DNA of 64,000 nt from Lingula anatina (lineage: Eukaryota > Animalia > Brachiopoda): positions 60,304,788-60,368,787 of the forward strand of contig CM120640.1 of the NCBI GenBank assembly GCA_051362555.1, read 5' to 3'. Under the pieces are notes generated by a model. It did no database searches. It saw nothing but the letters and a program-made list of their open reading frames with translations, and was not told the DNA's origin. The translations under genes were made by a program, and so were the position numbers. Shown here piece by piece: positions 39,601 through 53,039 of the stretch; positions within the stretch are counted from its first letter, which is position 1; each line of letters opens with the position of its first letter.

Positions 39601-42600
39601 TTTTGGTGCTCTTATTTGTATAGAATAGCAGTATAGAGTAGCCTGCTTTTTAAATTTGTTGCTACCACTCAGTAGGAATGAAATTTTGACTTAAAAATAC
39701 AGCATCTAAAATTTACAATTTTCCCTCATTGACAAGATCAAGTAATTACTGTAGGTCTGAGCATTCTCTACTTCTGTGTTCTGAGTCAGCATAGACTGAA
39801 GATAACAGACTAACATAAAACATATCTGTGGTTATTATAAAGTATTAGTTTGTGTCAAAGAACACTGGAGACCTATTCTCTTTTTGATTGTTTATTTTTT
39901 ATACACAAGCAGCATTATATTTATCCAGTATTACCTCTTTGAATGTGATCCTTAAATTTTGAAGTATATTATTTATAATATTGAAATGCCCTTTGTGTTA
40001 TCTACATGTTTGTTATATTGTCATTCCAGGTTCACCCCATATGCCCCTCAGCAGCAAGCACAGGGTAACTTGTTTGCTGGCAGTCCCTATGGACAGCAGG
40101 GTTCTAACAAGTTCCAGAGTCAGTTTGCCGCTTTTGCTGCAGGGCAGCCACAGATGGGACAGGGTACATTCAAGCTAATTTTTCTCAAGACTTTTTGCTT
40201 TTTGTGAATTAAAAAGGAATTTAGGAATAAGCATTTGTAGTATAAGCCATTGGTGATAAGGTCTTTTGTTTTATCATATCCAATTCATATCAGTTCTCTG
40301 AAATTGTGCCTTTAAGACAAGCTGATAGAAACTTATGGGTATTTATAATTTGTATGTTACGTTTTAGGCCCTGGAAGTGGTGCTGTAAATGGTGGTGATA
40401 TGATGAATAGCATGTCGCCTGGTTTCCACCAACAACAACAGCCATATATGTCTCCAGCTCACAATAGAATACAAGCAGGAAACTCAGCTGCAGGTAAGGA
40501 AAATATTACAATGAAAGTTAAAAGATTTTATAACCTAAAGTTTTATTTTGGAAACACATGTCATTAATTAACCAAAAGTGGTATAAAGATTTACTTGTAG
40601 TGTTGAAACCTAGATTTTATGAGAAGATTTTTGTTCTAGGTTCCCCAGGTCATGCTATAAGCCATCCTGTAGACAGAGATAAAGGCCAACCCACCTCTAG
40701 TCTTTCTACCATGGACAAACAAAAGGAAAGCACACCAGCAAACTCCAAGTCCAAACAGAGGAGGCGTTCCTCTGCATCAAAGTCAAGTGAACCAGTGGTT
40801 GTCCTAGAGCCACTTAGTTCAGAAGTAAGTACCCATGTGGTGAGATAGTTGAAAAGGCTTTTGCACTAAAACTGATAGCTGACTTGAGCAGATAAGTTTT
40901 TCTTGGACAACTTAAAATGCCTTGTCTTGTCACCTGTCAATTGATTTTTTTCTTTCCCATTGTTATAATTTAGGATGTCAATCAGTTTCAATCTCCACCA
41001 AGAAAAGCTGGTGTAAGTAAGAAATCTACCTCCAGTAAGAAAACTTCCAAATTGCCTAGTGGGGATATGGCTCAGGTATTCTGACACATTGCCTTCCTTG
41101 TATTCATGTAGCATGGCAATGGTTGTGTCAGAATATTGTCCTGCATGACTAGATATGCATGTTGTGGTGGAGGTGCATGATTCCTGACAAAGCAGAATGA
41201 AAGACAACATAATTTTATTATATCAAAGTAAAAATAATATACTGGTATCATTAAAGCAAATATTTACACCCAATTCTACATAGTTGCAAACACGCACGCA
41301 CGCATACACGCACACACATGCACACACGCACAAACACTTTTAAGGTTTGGTCTGACTTTTAAAAAATATGACCTAAGTTTTTGTGTTAGATTTGAATATA
41401 TGTATCTCAAATTTATGATAAAATGTGAATTGCAACATTGGTTTCCCCAAGTCTCATTTTTTTCTCTATTTGGTCAACATCTGCCACGTCAAATGTTAAC
41501 ATTCTGTGCATGGGATATATTAACCCTTCTACCCCACTCCCTTTTATCCAAACACACCATATGTTCTATTACCAAATTATTTTAAAGCTCAAGTATATTC
41601 AACAACATTATGCATATTTTCAATATTTTAACATAATATGTACCTTTATGTTGTTTTTTATGTACAGACACAGAAGTGTCTGTACATATTGCCATCACCT
41701 GCGTCTGTCGTCGCCGATGCCGATGCCGATGCCGGCGCCGTGCACTTTCCTTGTTAACACGATAAGTGGAGGGCAGTTTTACTTTTTGGCTTTATATTTA
41801 CAGAGCTGATGAATATTCATAAAACACAGGTCAAGTTCGAAAATCAGCATGATCGGGCCATTATTGTAGAAGTTATGCTGTTTTTTCACTTTTCAGCATA
41901 TATGCAACCCTGTTAACACATTTTAAGGAAAACCGATAGGCCTGTTGTCATGAAACTCATAGGGGTAATCAATCTTACTAAAACGCAGGTCAAGTTCGAA
42001 AATCGGCATGATCGGGCCACTACTTTAGTAGTTATGCTGTTTTTTTCACTTTTCAGCATATATGCAACATTGTTAACACATATCAAGGAAAACCGATAGG
42101 CCTGTTGTCATGAAACTCACATTAGTAATCAATCTTACTAAAACGCAGGTCAAGTTCAAAAATCAGCATAATGGGGCCATTATTTTATAAGTTATGCTGT
42201 TTTTTCACATTTCCTCAGATTCAATTCTTAGGCATGTTAACAGTCTCATTATTTAACTAATAAGATACGTAAATGTGTTTGTTTGACATTTCCTGCAACT
42301 TTACAACATTGTTAGTTGATTATGTAAAAATGATGGTAAACTTGTTATCATGTATTGTATAATAGAGTTTCAAAAATGGAAAAAAACTCATATCATTGCA
42401 GTTTGTCAGATTAATTCATTCACTATGTTCAGAAACTCGGAATGGAGGAAATTGGACATTAAAGCAATAATAACTCTTCGTTTCGGCCAAAAAATGAATT
42501 TTCCTGGAGTAAACAACAATTTTCCCATACTTACCAATGGTTAATGAATCCATTTTTACATTCAAAGTTAGTCCCTGGTTTTTTTCTTAAAAGTTTGGTT

Positions 42601-45600
42601 TTTTGTTAAAATCTCTTAAGAGATTTTAACAGAGTATAGACATCAATGGAGGTCACGTGGTCTAAAGACAAGTTCAAATATCAGAATAAAAGCTATAACT
42701 GCTGTTTGTGTGGTAAAACAGAATATATTATATTTCTATGAGTTATTCACAAGGTTTTTATTATGAAATATAGATCTCAAACGAAGAGTTATTATCCCTT
42801 TAAACACTGTTCTATTGATATTTTTCCCATGTCATCAATTTTCTAAGTTGATCATATAAAAATGGCAGTAAACTGTTAATTTTGTTATATGTTAAACAAT
42901 TGTTAAAAATGGAAAAAAACACATTTCAGGACAGTGCTGTCTTGTTTACATTTTGGCATTTTCAAGGTGTGACTTTGAAGTTCCATGGGCCTGAAGACCT
43001 TTGCTTGTCACATTTTCTGAATATCCATGATACTAATATTTTATTATTAAAAATTGATGGTCATTATGCTGTTAAACATTATGTAATATTGCATCAAAAT
43101 TTGAAGAAACCCCTATTTTGGACACTGCTCCCATGATGACCATTTAAGGAAAACCATGTCACTTACTGTTCTCAAACTTACAGGAAAGAAACATGGGACT
43201 AAGATACAGTTTAATTAGGCAATGCAGTCTGTTTGGTAATTCTTTCTGGCAGTTAATCGGTTTTTTGTGAAAATTTAATTTTTCACATATTGGCATTTTC
43301 AAGGTGTGACTTAGAACCTCCAAGGGCTTGAAGACCCATGCTAGTCACATTTTCTGAAAATCCACGATACATATATTTTATTATGTACATATTGCCATCA
43401 CCTGCATCTGTCGTCGCCGTCCATGTTGCTGTCGCCGTGCACTTTTATCGTTAACACCATAAGTGGAAGACAGTTTTACTTTTTGGCTTTATATTTACAG
43501 AGCTGATGAATATTCATAATACGCAGGTCAAGTTCGAAAATCAACATGATCGAGGCATTATTGTAGAAGTTATGCTGTTTTTTTTTTCACTTTTCAGCAT
43601 ATATGCAACACTGTTAACACAATATAAGAAAAACATATAGGCCAGTTGTCATGAAACTCACAGGAGTGGTTAATCTTACTAAAATGTTCGAAAATCGGCA
43701 TGATCGGGCCACTATTTTAGTAGTTATGCTGTTTTTTTCACTTTTCAGCATATATACAACACTGTTAACACAATATAAGAAAAACAGATAGGCCAATTGT
43801 CATGAAACTCACAGGAGTGGTTAATCTTACTAAAACTCAAGTTGAGTTTGAAAATCAGCATAATCGGGCCATTATCTTAGAAGTTATGCTGTTTTTTCAC
43901 ATTTCCTCAGATTCAATTCTTAGGCATGTTAACAGTTTCATTATTTAATTAATAAGATACGTAAAAGTGTTTGTTTGACATTTCCTGCATCTTTACAACA
44001 TTGTTGGTTGATTTTGTAAAAATGATGGTAAACTTGTTATCGTGTATTGTGTAATAAAGTTTCAAAAATGGAAAAAAACTCATATCATTGCAGTTTGTCA
44101 GATTCAATCATTCACTATGTTCAGAATCTCAGAATGGAAGAAATTGGACATTTAACACTGCTCTATTGATTTTTTTCCCATCTCATCAATTTTTTTAGTT
44201 GATCATATATAAATGGCAGTAAACTGTTAATTTTGTTTTATGTTAAAAATTGTTAAAAATGTGGAAAAAAACATTTCAGAACAGTGCTGTCTTGTTTACA
44301 TTTTGGCAATTTCGAGTTGTGACTTTGAAGTTCCATGGGCCAGAAGACCTTTGCTAGTCACATTTTCTGAATATCCATGATACTAATATTTTATTATTAG
44401 AAATTGATGGTCATTATGCTGTTAAACATTATGTAATATTGCATCAAAATTTGAAAAAAAACTATTTTTGGGCACTGCTACTATGATGACCATTTAAGAA
44501 AAACCATGTCACTTACTGTTCTCAAACTTACAGGAAAGAAACATGGGACTAAAATATAGCTTCAGTAGGCAATGCAATCTGCCAGTTAAACATTTTTTTG
44601 TGAAAATTTAATTTTTCACATATTGGCATTTTCAATGTGTGACTTTGAAGTTCCACAGGCTTGAAGACCCATGATAGTCACATTTTCTGAAAATCCATGA
44701 TAGGTATATTTTCTTATTAAAAATTGATTGTCATTATGCTGTAAACCATTATGTAATATTGCATCAGAATAGAAGAAAACACAATTTTGGGTGCTGCTGC
44801 CATGATGACCATTATGAGAAAACCATGTTACTTATGATTGAAAAACTTTCAAAAAAGAAATACAGGACTAAAATGCAGCCTGACGTTGGAAAAGCAGTCT
44901 AATTGACTTCTTTTTCTGGAAGTTTTACATTTTCAAAGTGTGAACTTGAACTTCCATGGGCCTGAAGCCTTATGCTTGGTACACATTTTACTTTCATTGG
45001 TATTACCTGTTGAGCATAATTAAAATTTGATGTTGAATTTGCAGTTTAACATAATGTACTTTTGTATCAGAATTGACAGTAGCCTATTTTGTTATTTCCT
45101 GCTTTTTGTCTGTACATTTGACAGCTTTGCTGCCTTGTTTTATTCATATTATTATTTAAATGTACTGTTGATGAATGTTGTAATTTAGTTTGCTGAATAA
45201 TGTTTAATACTCTGATCTTGTACTGATTAAAAATTAGTTATAATGCACTAACATTTTACAAAATAGAAATATCATTGTTAAATATTTCATGGTTTTATTT
45301 TACAGGCAATAAAATCCATGACTCCTACCTTGAAATGTAAGTAGAAAAATTATATTTGAATATTGAGTAGATATACAAATGTTGAGGTAATTTCTATTGA
45401 AAAATTCACGTGTCCTTATGCAGCTGTATAATTTGATTTTTATTGATAATATAATGGTAATATTTCTTTTCTCCCAGTAACCAGAATAGATGCAGATGGA
45501 AAAAAAGAAAAGGGAAAATCTGGAACTACTTATGTAAATCCTTCTGGGGAATTGCAGATGAAGTTTTCAAAGGACTCCATGAGCAAAGGTGAGATTCTAC

Positions 45601-48600
45601 AACTAGAAATAATTATATGTTATGCCGAAATACCAACTAAATAACATATTCAAACAAGCTACACAGTGTGATTCCAGTTTTGGATTTTAAACAAGTTTTA
45701 CTTTCCTGACTGTGATGTTTGTGTGGATAATCAGGGATGCTAGTCTTCCGGTTTTTACCGGAATTCCGGTTTTTTGCGTCCAGTTATAAAATTTTCTGGT
45801 ACTATATTTTGTTCCGGAATTCTCGTTTTTAACGTGGTCGCGGACTGGACGAACGATGCGTCAGAGGAACGTCGCATTTCAACCATTGCGACAGAGCTGC
45901 GTTTCAACACAATATCTAGTCACAACCGTAGCACGTGATTTATTTATGGCGCTTGATTGGTTGGAAATGTAGGCTTTAATGTCGGCACCCATGTGGAAAG
46001 TTTTGACACCGCGTGCGCGGAATTTTGAACTAAACCAAACTAAATGGATTTCGCGGAGAGGGGAACAGACGATATTAGAAACATCGACATTACTGTCAAA
46101 AATAGATTTAGTTGGAGTTGGCTGGAGGAAAAGGACAATAATGACGATTTTTTTTCTACCTATGTTCGGAAGCGAAAGTCCCCCGGAGAAGCTTGGTGTG
46201 TATGGTGCAACGACGTGATCCGGTACGGAAGCAGTGGTAAAAAAGCTCTGAAAAACCATGCTAAAACAACTAAGCATGCCAAAGCACGTAGTTGTCTTTA
46301 CACATTTTTGTTGCTTGGGCATTACCACGAAAGCCATTACCAATCTTTGAAAATGATAAATGAAAGGGATTAACATTTAGTGACTATCATTATCATGCTG
46401 GTGATTATCAAGCTTACGTGAGGGATCATTACTGTCTACTATGGGTGGTAGGTGTTTATGTACTGATGGCACTTCCATCTCGTCAATGTCAAGATTATCC
46501 TTGGAAACAACTGTTGAAAATTACCATGAAGTTGTGATGACATATATTGCAATATATTTATTAAATAAAATTTGAAATATAGTAATTGTTTCATAATCAA
46601 TTTGTACCCCCCCCCCCCCCCCCCCCCCCCCGTCTTTGCCAAAAAAAAGTTCAGGTTTTCTTTCCGGACCCCACTAGCATCCCTGGATAATGACATAAAC
46701 TGGGCACTTATTTTGTGTCCTTATATTTTCTAATGATTAGGAACAAAAAGGAGGAGGTCTATAGAAGTAATTGATGCAGATGAACCAGAAGAAAATTTTG
46801 GTGGGTTTTCCATGACTCTGAGCGAGCGCATTAAGCGTCGTCGTCGCACAGGTTCCCATGCAGGCTCCACTTCCCCTGTTGCTGCTGCTGCTGCTGCTCC
46901 TCCCAAATATACTGAAGAAGATTCTAGTGAAGAAAGTAGACCACCAACACCTGTGGAATGTAAGTGCCTTCATAATTCCTTCCTAAATTAATTAATTTTT
47001 ACTTACTTTTTTGATCGTGGAGTTTAATGTTGATTTGGTAAGTTCTATTGAAGTTAGCTTCATGACTTTATGCATATCTTGTTGATAGTGCCAAAGAGTT
47101 CCAAAAAGAAAAAGGACAAAAAGCAGAGAAGATTACAAGAGCAGTCTGACCTGATGAGCCCAGAGGAACTGATGGAAACGGGGACATTCAAAAGGTTCAA
47201 TAATGCAGTAGATGGTGCTTTAGAGGCTGCAGAAGATGCTGATATGTCATCATTGTCGCGGGTAGATTTTGGTAAGTATTAGCAACAAATGTAATAAGAA
47301 CTTATGTTAGTTCATCTATCCAGGTAAATTTACTGATAACATGGTTAGACTGTGTAATTTATTTGAAAAATTGTGAATGCTGACCTGTTATTAAAGGTGT
47401 AAGCATAACCCATGTTATAAATGATTTGTTCCAGATGATGAATCAGTTGAGATTCCACCAGAAATATTGTTGTCCAAGTCAGCACTAAATGAACTGTGCA
47501 GTGAGTCAGCCAAATTAAAAGCAATGGGAGTTATGAATCAGGTAAACCATCATATTGCTTGTAACATAAAGATCATTACAAGGAAGTCCAAAACTTATTT
47601 TGCAATAGATCCATGAAAATGAGTAAAAAGTGATGATTTTTTTATCATATTTTACTTTTGTGTTTGTTCCAGGTGCCTTATGAAAAGCTGGTTAAACTAC
47701 TAACAGTTCTGGCCTGGAACATACGAGATGGAGCCAAAATCTTGCCAAATATGGCACAGGTATGAGCTATTGAGATACTGAACTGAAAGATTTCAGGTAT
47801 TTCTTATATGTTCAGCTTCAGATATTTGTGGGGAGTTTACTGAAACTCAACAGTGTCATCTCGTATGAATTGAAATAAGATCTTATTTAGTAAAATATTA
47901 GTAGGCAGGGTATCATATTTTCTTGTAAGTGATCAATCATACTGGGTAAACTTTTTTGATATTTACAAAAGGCAATGTAATTTTGTTCGAGCATGTGATA
48001 TTCTCCCATTTTGTAGATTTTTTTTTTTCATTTTTATGTGGGAAAGAAGGCTAAACTTTGTATTAAGTGTTAAGTTGGGGGTTGTTAATTTTTCTGTTTT
48101 ATATACTCTGTCTGTTCCCATCAGTAATTAGAAATGAAGCTTATAGATCTCCATGTGGTCGTACCTTTTTTATCAGGACAATGAAGGTGATGATGAGGAG
48201 CAGCTGTGGAGAGAGCTGACCATGGAGAGGGTTATGCGCAGTGTGGATGCCTCTCTCACATCACTGTACATTATGACATCACCAGACATGCCTAAGCAAG
48301 TGTACCTAGAGGATGTCATTGACAGGATACTCATTCTTACCAAGTTCCAGTTGCTGAATACCATTTACCCAGAATATGACCCAGTTTATAGGGTAGATCC
48401 AAAAAATAAAGGTAATATTTCATTGAAGAGGAAGTTGAGTACTGAAGATGTAGAATTCAAACTTGGACTTGCTTCAAGATAAGAAATTTGTAACTTGTTA
48501 TCAGACAGTTTGAAAAAGGTGCTATTTTTATGTAATGGCATTGAATCAAATGCAGCAAGTATAAACTTGTTTGGTTATTAATGAATAATTGTTTTCCTGC

Positions 48601-51600
48601 AGAGGGTTTCCAACAGCATGTTAAGATGAAGCGTGCCAGGTCCCACGGTGCCAAACACAAGACTACCATTGCACTGTACAACAAAATAACAGAGATAGTA
48701 GGGGCCCTAGCAGAACTCATCAACATTCAGGAACTAACAGACACTTTGATATTACAGGTATACATTTGTATGTGAAATATTTGAAATTTAGAACCCAAAG
48801 TCAGTTAGCATAAAAATTGATTGACTGTTTTATATGATGTTTTTTGGAAAACCATTGTCTTCACAAGCATTTGAACTAATTTTACATATTTCTAGGTGTC
48901 TTCATTAGGATGTGGTCCATTTTTTGTGGAAAATGTCAGTGAACTCCAACTGAATTCCATGAAAGTAGTAACAACTGTAAGTGATATGTGACTAACTTTT
49001 GTGTCTGTCAAATTGTGACTTTAAGAAATAACACCATAAAATAAGTTTAAAGATGTGTAATAAGTATTTTGATATTCAAACAAATGTGTTCCTGAAACAC
49101 TTTCAGCAATTCTTAGACCAAACTTTTCCATATGTATGTTTCTGTTGAGGAGAAATTAGCCCTTGTTATGCAATTTAAAGGGATAGGAATAGAAAACGGC
49201 TTGATAATCTGGTATTTATCTCATTCAATAATTTTCATTTTAGGTGTATTCAGGTTACGAAAAACACAGAGCTCTTATTATAGAAGACATTTTTGCATCT
49301 ATAGCACGTTTACCCAGTAGTAAGAAGAACCTTCGGAGCTACAGGTGTGTTATTGTAAATGGATTTGTGCTGTAGAAAATAGTCAAGGTTGTAGTAAGTG
49401 TGCTCAACATAATAGTGTCACAGATGTTTAATGCTGTTTGATTGTGTTAGGTGTGCACTGCAGAAAAGTGTCGTCACATTGATAGGTGTGTGCTGTTATG
49501 TTTGCTGTAGAGAATGCTTGTTTAAAAAATGGAGTTGTATTATTTTTAAACTAATTATAGTTATCTAAATCTTATCACTGTATGTCTGTGTATTCTCTAG
49601 ATTGAATGCAGATCAGTCAATCCAGATGCTGACTGCATTGGTGCTGCAGCTCATCCAGTCTGTGATAGCATTGCCAAAACCTAAGGAGGATGAATCTCGT
49701 GCACCCACACCCTCGGATGACAAAAATCAGAAGACAAAACTGAAGGTAGATTTTTACAAAGAGGTTTAATTAATTAGTGGTAATGATACTTCTTTTATTT
49801 GGTTATGTCCATCAGGGCTTTTCCTAGGATTGTGGTAACAGGGAATCTAGTCCAACTACAACAACATCTGTGTAAGGGGTTGGGGGCAGGGTTCAACCAC
49901 AGTGTGTGGGTATATAGCATATTTTTCATTAATAGATCTTTAATTTCTTTTTATTTTAATGATGTAGTACTTATATTTTTCTTTAAAAATATATCAGTAT
50001 ACCAACTCATCATTACTGTATTATAATTTTAAAGCTTATAACAATGAATGAAATAAAAGACTATTAATACACAAACAATGATAGAACATGCATATCCTTC
50101 CAGTTTTGTAACTTCTGACATACACTGCAGTTTGCTTTCAAATGCAGCATTGTTTTTGTAATTGACACTGTACATTATGGAATGAAATTAACTGCAATCT
50201 TAACAGTATCACAGAATAAGCTAAACTGCCAAGATGAGGGCCAAATACAGCCAAAAATATTTGTGAATCCTCTACTTGTATCAGGAGAAACTAAAACAGT
50301 TACTACTTGGTTTGCTGATGTGTAGACAATTAGGTGCTCTGCAGCACCGTAAGGGAAACAGACAAGAGAAAAGAGCCATGTAGTGTCCAAATTTCAATGT
50401 GCTTCCCCCCCCCCCCCAGAAAAGTCGAAAAGATGTATAGTAGACAGCAAAATTTTAGGGACCATATGGACTTGATACATGTAACCAGGTTCAATTGAAT
50501 TGTTCAATTATTTTTAACTTTACTCTTACATCTGTCTCCCCCTAAATTGTAGACCACACTCTTCCTGATTAAACAGGATATCTTACTAGTTGATCAAATT
50601 GGACACACATGCAATGCAACAACATGTATCAAGTTTACTTTCATTTTATTATGCTGTGATGTATTTTTCATGTTTTTACACAACTGGGGGAGCATAAAAT
50701 AATCTGGGTATATCAAAATACCTTCCAGGAATTTTCTAGGTTGTCCATTCCTCTCAACAAATAAAGTTGCCATGTCCCTAAAATTTAGTGACTTGTCAAG
50801 CCATATTCTGCAGAAACTGGCTATGCAATTGACAGCTGGGTGGCTCTCTGGGGAAAGCATTGATGTCTAATGTAATTGGTTGAGTTGCTCAGAACAACAT
50901 AATAGTGTTCTTAAATTTGAAACTAAAGGTATGTTTTGTATATTACAAAATTTGTCTTTTTTTTTTTACAATTCCAGAAGCTTACTGATGATGAGGTCAT
51001 AATAATTACCAATTATGAAAATGCCATGAGAAGTGCCCACAATTTTTTGGCTGTTTTTCTCAGAAAGTAAGTTAATAATGCATTTTTATGTGATAACAGG
51101 ACAATTATTAACATAGAATTCAGAATGTATAAGCAGATATTTATAAGAGAAGTTTGTTTTTTTAAAAGGGAAAGTTAAGCTTGAAAATCACTTCAAATAT
51201 TGCATAAAAAGCTGCTGTAATAGAAATGGCATGTTCTGCTCTTATTACTGGAAATACTAAATGTGATTTTTCTTTTAGGTGTTCAACTAAAGGGGAAGAA
51301 GACTATAGGCCTCTGTTTGAAAACTTTGTGCAAGATTTATTAGCAACTGTGAATAAACCTGAATGGGGAGCTGCTGAATTGTTGCTTAGTTTATTGGGCA
51401 CATTACTGGTGAGTATAAAATGTATAAAATAGAATCTGTAAACAGTTAAGTAAAGCTAAAGCTCCTAGTCAGGCAGCATTCAACATCTTGGTGTATTAAC
51501 TTGTGTGAAAAACACATAGAATGTGAGTAATTAACATACCCATAGATTGAACTATCTTTTAACTAACGCCTGTGTTGTAAACTTTTAGCTCTTAACAGAA

Positions 51601-53005
51601 TGGGGAACACTATTTATTTTTACTATTTTCTTTAATATTTATTTCAAAGGTTTATTTAACTCTAACTTTATACTGTTTTTTATATATGCATTAAGTATGT
51701 TTTTATATATTGCGAAGGGTACAAAACACCCATTTTATTATATGTTACATATATTATACTGTAATTGTTTAATTCCTGTTATCTGTTGATTGAAAAAAAA
51801 TACTACTTTAATCTTATAACATAACACAGCTGATGAAATTCTTCTCTATCTTAGTTAGGCAGTTGATTTATTGATGTAAGATGTAGATAGGAATATGAAA
51901 GGCATGTCTAAAAGGTAATAATTCCAAACAAAAAATTCCAATTTTCCCTGTTTATTTATCCCCTGAAGGTTATCCTTTTGTTTTTGGTTGAAATTATAAT
52001 GAATTTTTTGTGACACCATTTCTGCTACTTTTCGGGTGCTTCCACAAAAGACATTTTGATTTTTACCTATATTAAGATAAGACTTTATTTAACCAATTAT
52101 AAAAATCAGAAATCATTTTCCATTTGGAGCAAGTTTGGTAATATACAGAGTAAAAGTAATACAGTAGATAAATTAAGAATTTGGTTTTGAGATCAAATTA
52201 AAATGCGTCACTGCACTTGGGTAAAAGCTGTTTAAAAAGCGTTACTATTAAAACGTAAAAAGTGATGATGCAGGATGAAAAGAGTCTTCCATGGTGTTGA
52301 CGGTTCTTTTCTCCATTCTGTCTTTAAAAAATATCATCCAGCTTGGGTAGATCCTGCCCGATAATCTTGTTTGCAGTTTTTACAACATTGGTTAGTTTAT
52401 TGGTTAGTTTAGACCCATTAGACCCATGACCCATTCTACTGCTTACAAACATGTCTTGTTATTTTCCAGGTGAAGCAATTTAGCAACAAAAGTGTTGAAA
52501 TGTCTATAAGAGTGGCCTCATTGGATTACCTTGGAATTGTTGCCTCCACTCTCAGGAGAGATGCTATCAATAGTCAGATGAATCAAGAGACAATTGATGA
52601 GATTATCGATCGGGTAGGTTCATTAATGATATATAGCACCTGCCAGTGGTCTTGCTTTAGACTAAATTCTCATTAGCTTTAAAGCTCAGTGTATGAAGTT
52701 AATCTGTAAAAGGACGTGACTTTAATAAGTTTGTTACCAATCTCCTTAAATCATTTACATTAGCCACTGTGTGCTTGACAAACTTAGAACATGTTCATCA
52801 TTATAGCCCAACATGTTAATGTGTAAAGCAGTACAGGTATACAATATCTGTGATCATGTTCTCAAGCGTGTCAAATTGAATTTTCTGAAATTTACCATCA
52901 TATTGCAGTATATTAATACATAAAGTCACTTTAAGTGTCAGTTAAATTTTATCTGCAAAAATTATATTTACTAATAATGGGCATGTGAACAAGGTGATAT
53001 GCAAA

Positions 53006-53039
<34 letters not shown>

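Noticed and set aside
40866-41210. Second nested minus-strand secreted peptide
   Set aside because: Overlaps a NIPBL exon in antisense, with no convincing signal peptide, Cys framework or splice structure.
41820-42200. CRISPR-like regularly spaced repeats
   Set aside because: The whole ~160-bp unit repeats with no unique spacers; eukaryotic intron, no cas genes.
45879-46376. 165-aa minus-strand ORF
   Set aside because: Antisense shadow of the transposase zinc-finger remnant, with no recognisable features.
49341-49520. Degenerate repeats of the donor region (aggtgtg...gctgtagaaaa)
   Set aside because: Too degenerate to define a unit, and no open alternative exon.
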